From: Candidatus Pelearchaeum maunauluense
GTDB lineage: Archaea > Thermoproteota > Nitrososphaeria_A > Caldarchaeales > Caldarchaeaceae
Assembly: GCA_030059675.1 (NCBI GenBank)
Contig: JANVYQ010000017.1
Coordinates: 1-21,310 of the forward strand
Reading direction: 5' to 3'
DNA length: 21,310 nt
The position numbers and the translations under genes are program-made. The notes below the pieces were generated by a model. The model worked only from the letters and a program-made list of their open reading frames with translations. It was not told the DNA's origin and made no database searches. Of the stretch, positions 1-8,981 are shown piece by piece (position 1 is the stretch's first letter; each line of letters starts with the position of its first letter).

Positions 1-56
1 CCAAAAGCATGGTTGACTTTTAGGTTAAGAGTTTAAGTTTTAGGTAGGTTAGATTT

Positions 57-1410
57 TTGGAGAGTATGGCTGCACCACCTTTCCTTGTCTCTTATGCTGT
101 TACTAGGAAGTGTACCAGCAAAAGGGAGCTCTCAATAGTTGCTTCCCTCTCTACGCTATTATCAATTAAAGGCGTACATTATTTGCTTCCTGTGATTGCA
201 GTTGTCACTCTGATGTTTATGTACCCAATATCACGCAAGGAGTGGGATAAACTTAGCGACGTAGCTAAGCTCGTTCTTATGGCTATTCTCGTCAGGATGG
301 TCTTCATGCCATTCTTCATGCATGTTTGGGATATTAACACAATTTAGGTTTCTCTTTACCAACTAATTAACGGGCTCAATCCGTATGAGTATACCTACGA
401 CATGACCCGGTACCTGAAAGCTGTTACGGGGTTACCCCTAAACTACGAAGGTTACGCCTACCTACCCCATGTAATGTTTATTTTCCTCCCCTTCTATATG
501 TTCTACCTAACTCTAGGAGGTAGCCCCCTACCTATTATGGGAGTACATGACCCGGCGCATCCTTTCAAAGTGTTTTTCCATCCCGACGTCTTCACCTTCC
601 TCTTCTTTATAAAAATCCCTATATTAATAGCGGATGTTTTCATAGCCCTTACACTCTACAAGCACTTCGATAAGAGAGCCGCGTGGTTCTATGTGCTAGC
701 TCCCTACTCTGTTTTTGTATCTAGTGTTTGGGGTATGTTTGACTCCATGGTAGCACTTTTCCTGCTAACAGCGCTTCTACTCAAGAAACAACGATTCCCT
801 TGGGCTGGATTAGTGTATGGTCTCTCCCTAATGAAGTTCTACACTATATATGCGGGCATTCCAATACTATACGGAGTGTGGAAACAACGTGGATTCAAAG
901 CACTTGCAAGCTTCATCGTTGGAGTAGCTCTTTCACAATTACCTACGCTCTACTTCTTTGTCCTGAATCTCAGAGCGTTCCTAGGGGCAGCGTTGCTCTT
1001 TCACAGTGAAAGCTTCGGCGGTGGCGTAAACCGTTGAATGTCTTGTGGACTATACAGAATCTGCAGTTCAACATAGATGTCTCAAAATATGTTAACTTTG
1101 TATTCTTAGTAGTTCGGGGTGCTGTGTCATTACTCGTGGTACTCAAGAAAGTTGAGTTAGAAAAAGCCACGGTTCTCACCATGCTTACGGGGCTCTTCTT
1201 CGGGAAGATAACTAATGAACAACACCTCCTATCGATATATCCGCTCCTGTTGCTGATTAACAAAAAAGTTGCTCATGAGTTGGGTACCTATATAGTTATC
1301 TTCGGTCTGGTAAATTGCCACGTCTTCTATTTTGCTCTGCCGATGATTAGCCTGACCGGAAGGGGTCTGGTAGAGTATCTTCACAGTATGTATATCTACG
1401 TAATATGGAC
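57..1410 (+). pseudogene. GT87/PIG-M-like (DUF2029) polytopic membrane glycosyltransferase, broken by an in-frame stop, a frameshift and 3' truncation
   Basis: ORFs 57-347 and 402-1037 share a frame, separated only by TAG 345-347 (reads HVWDINTI*VSLYQLINGLNPYEYTYDMTR...YEGYAYLP). Motifs KIPILIAD and SSVWGMFDS are GT-C-like. Adding one C near 1031 (aaccgttg) joins GGGVNPLNVLW to ORF 1034. After ~1410 the frame is only the antisense of another gene. The start may lie upstream of the window. Confidence 0.75.
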
Positions 1411-1939
1411 AGGTTTTCCACATGCAGTCCTTGCAGACGAAATCGCTGCCTTCTTCTTTTTCCTCAAGGGGGAGAAACGAGGAGAGAGAGAAAAACCAGC
1501 CCTCCTCGCTCGTTACTATGTAGCCCTTCCTCACCTCCTGTCCACAGATGGTACAGGTAGCATGTACCTCGCTAGGCATCTCGTCGAGGAGGAACATTAG
1601 TTCGTGCACGCTCACACCTCCCTTAATGAAGCTTATGATCTCGTCAAGCTCATGCTGGATTATCCTTAGCATCCGCTTATAGCTTAATCCGGTCTCGTCG
1701 TAGAATCCTGGGCGGTTTATGGTCATAATGAATTTATCACCCTTCTGCTTCACCCAAGCAGGCGGGTCGTACGAAAGGTTGCATGAACCCACCTTCTCCA
1801 ACCGTTCCATTATTAGCCTTCTCTCCCCATCGGGTCTCCTCTTCAGCGCATCTTCCAGCAACTCTACAACCGTATCACGAAGTGCCTTATCCTTGATCCT
1901 AACAACGCCCTCAACGAACGACCTTATAGGCGAACTCAT
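1229..1939 (-). CDS. Hypothetical Zn-binding protein; real part about 180 aa, the last ~55 aa read through the antisense of the glycosyltransferase
   Basis: ATG at 1939 preceded by GGAGG; charged soluble composition; QHELDE, CTICG and CKDCMWKTC motifs. Confidence 0.65.
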   Translation of the reverse strand: MSSPIRSFVEGVVRIKDKALRDTVVELLEDALKRRPDGERRLIMERLEKVGSCNLSYDPPAWVKQKGDKFIMTINRPGFYDETGLSYKRMLRIIQHELDEIISFIKGGVSVHELMFLLDEMPSEVHATCTICGQEVRKGYIVTSEEGWFFSLSSFLPLEEKEEGSDFVCKDCMWKTCPYYVDIHTVKILYQTPSGQANHRQSKIEDVAIYQTEDNYIGTQLMSNFFVNQQQERIYR

Positions 1940-2141
1940 GTTTTCAGCCTCCTACTATGTGGTCTTCCTTATCAATATCCTCCCAGATGGCAAAACGGTC
2001 TGAACGTCCCACCCCTCTGCCAGGTATTTCTCGAGCTCCTCCTCGCTAACTATCCTCTTAGGATCGCTCCTCCCCTCGAGCTCCAACCTGGGCATCAGCT
2101 TTCTGATCCTCCTCTTCAGCTCCTCCATCCTCCTCTTGGCT
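1400..2141 (-). mobile_element. Relic of an integrative element (integrase-type C-terminal tail plus downstream gene) between two truncated host genes
   Basis: Visibly more GC-rich and strand-skewed than its AT-rich flanks; two co-oriented minus-strand ORFs with a GGAGG Shine-Dalgarno between them; both flanking genes are cut at its borders. Boundaries approximate. Confidence 0.5.
1955..2128 (-). pseudogene. 57-aa ORF resembling the C-terminal tail of archaeal tyrosine integrases (not in the ORF track)
   Basis: Manual translation: MEELKRRIRKLMPRLELEGRSDPKRIVSEEELEKYLAEGWDVQTVLPSGRILIRKTT*. The 'K(I/V)V.EEELEKYL.EGW.....LPSG.I.I.K' pattern matches my recollection of archaeal integrase C-termini; no catalytic domain is present. 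Confidence 0.6.
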
Positions 2142-2567
2142 TACGTCCCCTCGCATCTCTATCCTTACGCACATAGGATCTATTCCGTACATCTTGGCCA
2201 TGCTCAACCATATAGTAACTATTCCTTATCTACATCCATGGCTTTTTCACCCAGATCATTTAGTAGAAATAACACGTCTGATCTATGATATTGCAACAGT
2301 TTATGGTCATACCGTACTCTTACCATTCATTCTGTATACCGTAATGGAAGCTTACAACGGGCAAACTATAGGGAAATACATGCTAAAAATACGTGTAGTA
2401 AAAACAACGGTGACAAATTAACTGTTACTGAGTCTGCAATAAGGAATGGGGGAAAAATTTTTCTTTTACCAATAGACTTAGCATTGGGACTCTTATCCTC
2501 CCGTCGATACCGCTATATTAAATTTACTGATTTTTATGTCAAAGCAGTATTCGAAAAAATATGCTAA
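2140..2567 (+). pseudogene. RDD family membrane protein, 5'-truncated and frameshifted
   Basis: YTVMEAYNGQTIGKYMLKIRVV is the RDD signature; a frameshift near 2407 continues as GDKLTVTESAIRNGGKIFLLPIDLALGL...KFTDFYVKAVFEKIC* (TAA 2565-2567). Confidence 0.75.
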
Positions 2568-2624
2568 TATTGCATAACAAAAAACTTAATAAGCCAGCTT
2601 ATGTGAGGCCATTTCTAACCTGCA

Positions 2625-2972
2625 TTATGATGTTTTTGCGGCTACACGAATAATCAGTATCAGATATAGTGCAGCAATAGCAATAACCAGCATGGTAACA
2701 TCATGCATTAATTCCCCCATGGGAAAGACCTGCTTAATCAACTCGGTGACTCCACCTATCAAGAATACACCATACATGATAATCAAGGATTTTAGTAACG
2801 AAACATTCTTCTCAGAAGTTGCACCTGGCACCATCAAAATCGGAATCAAACATTGATAATTAACACCGTGTCGCTTAAGCTCCAAATAATACCGATAGGC
2901 GATAAAACCTGCTGCTACTTGGAAGAAAACCACGAGCACATGTAACACAATCTCGCTTGAATACCCAAACAT
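2625..2972 (-). CDS. Small hypothetical membrane protein (about 3 TM helices)
   Basis: 115-aa ORF with ATG start and three hydrophobic stretches; no recognised family. Confidence 0.55.
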   Translation of the reverse strand: MFGYSSEIVLHVLVVFFQVAAGFIAYRYYLELKRHGVNYQCLIPILMVPGATSEKNVSLLKSLIIMYGVFLIGGVTELIKQVFPMGELMHDVTMLVIAIAALYLILIIRVAAKTS

Positions 2973-3371
2973 CTTCCATCAACTCTCTTAAAATTTTACC
3001 CACCTTACGAGCCTACTATCTGAAATAGAAATTCTAGTCTTTGGGAAAGATATTTTTCTTCGGCGCGCTACCTGACACGTAAGGCAGTGTACAGAAAAAT
3101 ACATAATTCATATTCAAGCTTACGTGGTAAAATAAAGGAAGTAATGCGGAAAACAATGAAAGTTCACATATTCATCTAAAGTCTAATATGCCGCGAATTC
3201 TTTCCTCACCCATGTATAGGTACGCGAGACGTTCCTATCGGATGCGAAGGAAAAATATCCATAGGCGATACTTATGATTCTATTAGACTGGTACCTCCAA
3301 GACCATGGCAACTAGGGCGCAGTCGGCGTTGAGAGGCATTCCAATATCCGCGAGAGATTGTACGAGCTATG

Positions 3372-4253
3372 CTATTCTAGACATCCTACCTCGTCGAGTG
3401 TCTGGAGGCCTGCTGTTAGGTCCCAGGGCGTTATCGTCTGCTCGTAATCCTCGGTCACGGCTATATATGTTTCGCTTTTCAGCAGCTTCAGGAGTATGCT
3501 TAAGAGGTCTTCTTCGCGGTTTACAAGCACGGGGTCGGCCATATGGCTGGTAAGGTCGTTTAGGCCTGTTTCTTGGATCATGTGTGGGGCGTCGCGTAGT
3601 GCCGCGGCTGCTGGTGTTAGGAGTAGATACTTCATCAGGGCGCGGCCCGTTATTACTTTATGCATATCTTCCAGCAGTATGTAGCCTGTTTTTCTGAGCT
3701 GCATTGTTTTGATGCATTCTTGTATTGTTGAGTCTGCTGATAGTGTGGGTGGGCTCTGCGTCCTTATCTCACGCGCCTTTATTTTTTTCAGCTCATTCAT
3801 GTTTCTTGTCCGTGCTACAGTGTATGCTATGTCGAGTGTGTCTATTATTGCTGTTATGCGCCCCTCCTGCCTGATCGCCGCGTATTCGGTGCGTTGATTC
3901 CGCATCGCTGGCAGGAGTATGTTTAGTGGTTCTGAGGGCGCTGTGAGTAGGGCGTCGGAAGCTGCCTGGAGGCAGGGAGTTCTGTAGAGGCATGCCCATG
4001 GGTTTGTAAGGTTTCTTGACAGCAGGGATATGAAGTCCATGCACGTAAATACACCCAGCATCCTCTGGGCTTGGTCTAATATTGTGACTACTTTCGACTC
4101 TAGTGCGGCTAGGTGGAGGGCCGCCATCATGGCTGGCTCCTCCGGCGGCACTGCATGCCAAGACCTGTGTGATGTTCTCACCACATCCGAGGCTAGGAGG
4201 CCTGCAAAAATCGCCCCCCCCCCGGTGACTCGCTCTGCGCGCCATTCTGTCAT
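3372..4253 (-). CDS. Divergent multi-CBS-domain protein (paralog A)
   Basis: CBS-like repeats (GVFTCMDFISLL, AIIDTLDIA, TLSADSTIQECIKTM, TITPWDL); collinear with the paralog at 4743-5599. Confidence 0.75.
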   Translation of the reverse strand: MTEWRAERVTGGGAIFAGLLASDVVRTSHRSWHAVPPEEPAMMAALHLAALESKVVTILDQAQRMLGVFTCMDFISLLSRNLTNPWACLYRTPCLQAASDALLTAPSEPLNILLPAMRNQRTEYAAIRQEGRITAIIDTLDIAYTVARTRNMNELKKIKAREIRTQSPPTLSADSTIQECIKTMQLRKTGYILLEDMHKVITGRALMKYLLLTPAAAALRDAPHMIQETGLNDLTSHMADPVLVNREEDLLSILLKLLKSETYIAVTEDYEQTITPWDLTAGLQTLDEVGCLE

Positions 4254-4344
4254 CTGGGTTTACCGGCTTATTACAGCTTAATATCGTTATCGCGTAGTAA
4301 CGGTAGCTTGGCTAGAGGCTGTGCTACAGTCTTGGGACTCCGCC

Positions 4345-4590
4345 TCAGTCCTTATGGTTCTTATGTTTAGTTTTTGGGGCTAGTTTGAGGGCCTGCTCGG
4401 TGAAGCTCGGCGCCCTTATCTCTGCCAGCCTAGCGGCCACATCCACGGACCTTATCCTCATCCTGATCACGTCTATCTCCGTGCATTCGCGGTGGAGGAT
4501 GTCGACGACCAGCTCTATACCAGAGCCTGTTACTATCTCGCTGAACTCGTGGACCACATCCGACCTGCCCACAACATGCCCTTCCCCTAC
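4345..4590 (-). pseudogene. Possible fragment of a PD-(D/E)XK / Mrr-like domain
   Basis: EGHVVGRSDVVHEFS...LVVDI...EIDVIRMRIRSVDV resembles the 'G.SGV.H.F.' start of archaeal restriction-endonuclease-like domains; short, with no clear start. Confidence 0.35.
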
Positions 4591-4742
4591 ACAAGGAAAG
4601 GTCGGAGAGATGCAGTAGAATTAGTATATGTATTTATCCATTAAGAGCTGGGTTTCCAGGGTTAGAATCTGCGAATCTAACAACCCTCATACGTTTTTCG
4701 AACATTTTTCCATAAGCTAAGCTTATGAGACATAGGTATAGG

Positions 4743-5599
4743 TTATATTAGGTTTCTGGATAACTTTATGGTTAGGTCCCATGGCGTTAGTATGTGTTGC
4801 CAGTCTTCTGTTAATGCCGTGTAAGTTTCGCTTTTCAGCAGCGCGGAGAGAGCGGAGGATACCATGTCATCAGCATCTATGGTTGCTGGGCTTTTCGTGT
4901 ATTTCCGCATTTCGGATATTGGTCTGTTAAACACATCGTTAGGATTGTTTCTTAGCTCTTCAACAACTGCACCTGAGAGTAGGTATCTTGTTACATCTCT
5001 GTCTGTTATTACCTTATTCTCGTCTGGTATGATTATTCGTCTAACTCCGCGTCGCAGCATTGTCTCCATGGCTTCTGATATTGTTGCTTCACTGTCCAGC
5101 ATCACTACTCCCTTGGATGCTATATCCCTCACCTTTACATCAGTCAGCTCTCTCAATACACCTCTTTCAGCGAAGAACCGTGCTATGCCGAGCACTCCTA
5201 TCATTGCCTTCATCTTCTTGTCTTGCATAACTATTGCATAGCCCCACCGCCTGCTTCCCATGGTTGCCAGAAGTGTCGTTAATGATTCTGCCGATGTGGT
5301 TGCGAGTGCCTTCCAGTCAACGTCATAGCATGCTGTTTTGTAGAGGGCTGTCCAAGCCTCGGGCGCGTGTTTAGTGAGCAGTGAGATGAAGTTGTATCCT
5401 GTGAATATTCCATGAACTTCTGTCTCTGAGCTTGCAACGACAATAGCTTCAGTGTCCAGAGATGCTATATGCATGGCTGCTACAATAACAGGCTTCTCAG
5501 GTTTAACCCAGTAGAGCTTTCACGAACACAAGAAAGAACATCTGCCACTACTAAGCCAGTGAGGAGACCTCTACCTGTTGGCCTTAAGCTGGCAGGCAT
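4743..5599 (-). pseudogene. Multi-CBS-domain protein (paralog B) with a frameshift near 5520; ORF 4743-5474 is the downstream part
   Basis: ATG at 5599 gives MPASLRPTGRGLLTGLVVADVLSCVRE, then another frame gives KLYWVKPEKPVIVAAMHIASL, aligning with paralog A (GGGAIFAGLLASDVVRTSHRSWHAVPPEEPAMMAALHLAAL). Clear CBS motif ATISEAMETMLRRGVRRIII...VITDRDV. Could be a sequencing indel. Confidence 0.75.
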
Positions 5600-5619
5600 C
5601 TAATTATAACAAGCCCCCA

Positions 5620-5665
5620 CATGCTTATATTATTTGCCCTTAAATATATAATCGTATCTTAATAT
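5620..5665. promoter_or_regulatory. AT-rich divergent promoter region with TATA-like elements
   Basis: cttatattattt and cttaaatatataat lie between divergent CBS paralog B (ATG 5599) and the thiolase (ATG 5760). Confidence 0.4.
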
Positions 5666-5759
5666 GAATGCGTAATGTGAAGGATTGTTTATCAATAAAG
5701 GCTTCTGTAGGGCGCCAATCCTAAAAATATTCACCAATCCAACGTTATGGCGAGTGGCG

Positions 5760-6695
5760 ATGACGCAATGCTACAAATGCGGCAGAGAGGCTCCGCGCTA
5801 TCATGTAACGTATATGCGGCGGAGTATGTGTGGTGATTGTTTTGTGAGTTTCTATGAGAGGAAGGTTAAGAATGCGTATATCAAGTATGGGATGTATAAG
5901 GTTGGCCGTCGTGTTGGTGTGGCTGTATCGGGTGGTAAGGATAGCCTGGCTCTGCTGAGCGTGCTTAAGCGCGTCTTTCCACACCTAAGCCTTACGGCGA
6001 TATACCTAAACCTCGGTATAGGCGGCTACTCTGATGAGAGCGAGCGTGTCTCAAGAAAGCTGTGCGACGAGCTTGGTGTTGATTTAATCGTCTACCGTCT
6101 AGACAGCTCCGAGGGGTTTGTTGTTCCAGACTTCAGGAAGACGGCGTTCAGGAAACGTATGTGCGGCGTCTGCGGGACTGTAAAGCGCTACCTCCTCAAT
6201 AAGGTGGCGTATGAGAATGGGCTTGAGGTGATAGCGACAGGCCACAACTTGGATGATACCGTTGAGGTTTTGTTTGAGCTGTACCTGCGTGGGAATCTTG
6301 AGGAAGCGGCGCGGCTGAAGCCCGTGCTACCCAGCAACCACCCCCGGATGGCGAGTAGGATAAAGCCGCTGATAGAGATGACCGACGAGGAAGACCTCTA
6401 CTACGTTGATGCGCTCGGTATTGAGTACGCCTCCTCGTGGTGTCCCCTAGTTAAGGGCTCGCGCATGATGAACCGTAAGATGCTTATCAAGCAGATTGAG
6501 GAGAAGATCCCTGGGTATCGGCATCTTCTCTTCAAGTCTCATGTCAAGAAGATTCTGCCCAAGCTGGAGCAGTTATACAGCCAGCCCGCGCTGAATGACT
6601 GTGAGTTATGTGGGATGCCGACGACAGCGCGCATATGCAGCTATTGTAAGGTTGTTAAGAGGGTTAAGAAGGCTGAAGACGTAGAGGCTCACTGA
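5760..6695 (+). CDS. ttuA: TtuA/NcsA (TtcA/Ctu1 family) PP-loop tRNA 2-thiolation protein
   Basis: N-terminal Zn finger CYKC..CGDC, PP-loop SGGKDS, CGVCG, GHNLDD, SWCP (third Fe-S Cys) and C-terminal CELC..CSYC. Probable start ATG 5760 rather than TTG 5685. Confidence 0.88.
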   Translation: MTQCYKCGREAPRYHVTYMRRSMCGDCFVSFYERKVKNAYIKYGMYKVGRRVGVAVSGGKDSLALLSVLKRVFPHLSLTAIYLNLGIGGYSDESERVSRKLCDELGVDLIVYRLDSSEGFVVPDFRKTAFRKRMCGVCGTVKRYLLNKVAYENGLEVIATGHNLDDTVEVLFELYLRGNLEEAARLKPVLPSNHPRMASRIKPLIEMTDEEDLYYVDALGIEYASSWCPLVKGSRMMNRKMLIKQIEEKIPGYRHLLFKSHVKKILPKLEQLYSQPALNDCELCGMPTTARICSYCKVVKRVKKAEDVEAH

Positions 6696-8971
6696 GAGCC
6701 ATTCTCACTACGTTTTGAGCGTATGAGCCAGTAGAGCTTCTCAGGCGTTATTGGTATTGATAACGGCCTCACGCCCACAGCGTCTTTTATGGCGTTGGCT
6801 ATCGCTGGGGCTATTGGTATTATGCCTATCTCGCCAATCCCCTTGGCGCCGAAGGGGCCTGTTTCCTCCCCGTCCTCAACTGGTATAACCTCAATCTCAG
6901 GAGCGTCCTTTATGCTTGGGATTAGATATGTGGAGAAGTTCTGCGTCTTGAGTATCCCGTTCTCTATCTTGGCCTCCTCCATCAAGGCGTAGCCAATACC
7001 CTGGACGGCGGCTCCCTCTATCTGGCCCTGGAATGTCTGGGGGTTAATCACCTTACCAGCGTCAGGGATTACGACGAGCTTACGAACCTGCACAAATCCT
7101 GTGAGAGTATTAACCTCCACTAAGGCGAGGGCGGCGGCGAACATGTAGAAGAGGTGGGGTATCTCAAGGGTTCCAGGTATAGGCTCCACACGCGGCACCT
7201 CATACTCGCCAACCACATTGAGCGGTATGTTGTTGTTCTCCATGTAGCGCGCTATCCCTGCGTAGCTTATTCTAGTCTTCCCATCCCTTGATATGGCGTA
7301 GCCATCTAGGAAATCAAACACTTCAGGCGGCTCTCCAGACAGCCCTGCTGCCACGTGGCGCATCTTGTCAAGCATCTTACGCGCAGCGTCGGCTAGAGCA
7401 TTACCAGCGAGGAACAACTGCCGCGAAGCGGAGGTTACGCTTGTGTCTGGTGTTTCTAGGGTGTCGGCGAAGACTAGCTGTATATCATCCACGCCGCACT
7501 TGAGCATGTCCGCCGCCACCTGAGCTAATGCTGTGAGAACGCCCTGCCCAATCTCGGTTGAGCTTACCCTAACCCTAAACTTACCCTCGCGCGTTAGCTC
7601 AACCCCGACCTGGCCCTTGTCTGGGAGAGCGCCTAATGTGTAGCCCTTAACAGCCGAGGCGACGCCTATGCCGCGCCTAATCCACGGCCTAGCCGTCTCG
7701 GACTTATAGCGCTCACGCTCCCTCCAAAGCTCGTGATTAGCAGCTATCTCCAGAGCCTTCGCAATCCCAACACTTCCAATCAGCTTGTTGTTGAAAACAC
7801 CTACATCACCGCGTCGTAGGGCATTCCTAAGCCTAAGCTCTATCGGGTCCATGTTGAGTTGCTCAGCTATCGCGTCAAGCTGGCTCTCTATAGCGAATAA
7901 AACCTGGGGAGCGCCGAAACCCCTGAAAGCAGATGCGACATAGTTATTTGTATAGACCAGCGTGGCGCTTATGTCTATGTTCGGTATCTTGTATGGGCCG
8001 TTGCAGTTCTCTATCGCCACGTCCAAGACAGCTGGGCCAAGCCCCTCGTAGGCTCCTGTGTCGTAGATTATCTCGGTCTTGTTGGCTAGGAGCACGCCAT
8101 CACGCCGCGCTGCTGTCTTCATCCTGATTATACCCGCGTGGCGCTTGGTTCCTGCTATTGTTGATTCCTCGCGCGTCCATACCAGTCTAGCTGGCCTGCG
8201 CGTCTTGAGCGTGATTAGGGCTAGGTGTATCTGTACCGATATGTCATCCTTCCCCCCAAACGCTCCCCCAACATGCGGAATAACCACGCGGACAGAGTCT
8301 TCTGGGATGTTGAGCGTGGAGCATATCTCGTGCCTATCACGGTAAGGAGACTGCCCACCAGCAACTATCGTCAGTCTTCCATTCTCGTCAAAGTATGAGA
8401 TGCCAGCCTCCGTCTCTAGGTATGCGTGTATCTGAGTGCCTACCGTGTATGTGTTCTCAACTATTATGTCAGCCTCTCTGAATGCTTGCTCAACGTTTCC
8501 AAACGATATGTGTGTCTGTCTCGCTATGTTGCCGCGTTCATGAACCTTTGGACTTTCGGGCTTCATGGCCTCAAGTGGGTCCAACACAGCAGGCAGAGGC
8601 TCGTACTCGACCTCTATCATGCCTAGAGCCTCTTCAGCAGCCTCAGGCGTCTCGGCAGCCACTACAGCTATGGGGTCGCCTATGTAGCGCGTCTTATCAT
8701 CGCAGAGAACAGGCCTATCCTTGTTAAACGGCCCATACCTATTATTGGGTATGTCCTCATGTGTGAATATCGCGACGACGCCTGGATGGCTCCTGGCCTT
8801 TGATACGTCTATGCGTTTTATCCTCGCGTGCGGATATTTGCTTCTCAGCACCTTACCCCACAGCAGCCCTTCTGGGAAGAGGTCTGAAGCATACTTAGCC
8901 TGTCCTATGGCCTTCTCCAGGGCGTCGCGCCTGGGGATTGGCTTCCCAACCCAACGCTGAGCCTGAACCAA
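6689..8971 (-). CDS. Xanthine dehydrogenase family molybdopterin-binding large subunit
   Basis: LRSKYPHARI, HAYLETE, VGGAFGGK, AFRGFGAPQ, EIGQG, GQIEGAAVQGIG, GAKGIGE motifs; 760 aa. Confidence 0.95.
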   Translation of the reverse strand: MVQAQRWVGKPIPRRDALEKAIGQAKYASDLFPEGLLWGKVLRSKYPHARIKRIDVSKARSHPGVVAIFTHEDIPNNRYGPFNKDRPVLCDDKTRYIGDPIAVVAAETPEAAEEALGMIEVEYEPLPAVLDPLEAMKPESPKVHERGNIARQTHISFGNVEQAFREADIIVENTYTVGTQIHAYLETEAGISYFDENGRLTIVAGGQSPYRDRHEICSTLNIPEDSVRVVIPHVGGAFGGKDDISVQIHLALITLKTRRPARLVWTREESTIAGTKRHAGIIRMKTAARRDGVLLANKTEIIYDTGAYEGLGPAVLDVAIENCNGPYKIPNIDISATLVYTNNYVASAFRGFGAPQVLFAIESQLDAIAEQLNMDPIELRLRNALRRGDVGVFNNKLIGSVGIAKALEIAANHELWRERERYKSETARPWIRRGIGVASAVKGYTLGALPDKGQVGVELTREGKFRVRVSSTEIGQGVLTALAQVAADMLKCGVDDIQLVFADTLETPDTSVTSASRQLFLAGNALADAARKMLDKMRHVAAGLSGEPPEVFDFLDGYAISRDGKTRISYAGIARYMENNNIPLNVVGEYEVPRVEPIPGTLEIPHLFYMFAAALALVEVNTLTGFVQVRKLVVIPDAGKVINPQTFQGQIEGAAVQGIGYALMEEAKIENGILKTQNFSTYLIPSIKDAPEIEVIPVEDGEETGPFGAKGIGEIGIIPIAPAIANAIKDAVGVRPLSIPITPEKLYWLIRSKRSENGSQ

Positions 8972-8981
8972 GCCCTTTTTC

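Noticed and set aside
1411-1600. C-terminal part of ORF 1034-1600 as real protein
   Set aside because: It is the antisense of the Zn-binding ORF; the membrane-protein character ends near IWTG.
1397-2146. TACGT at 1397-1401 and 2142-2146 as a target-site duplication
   Set aside because: Only 5 bp, no terminal inverted repeats, and excising the interval does not restore a reading frame.
2973-3371. 400-nt AT-rich intergenic stretch as ncRNA, CRISPR leader or att site
   Set aside because: I could not see repeats, a tRNA fold or a convincing stable hairpin; ORF 3305-3553 is mostly antisense to the CBS gene.
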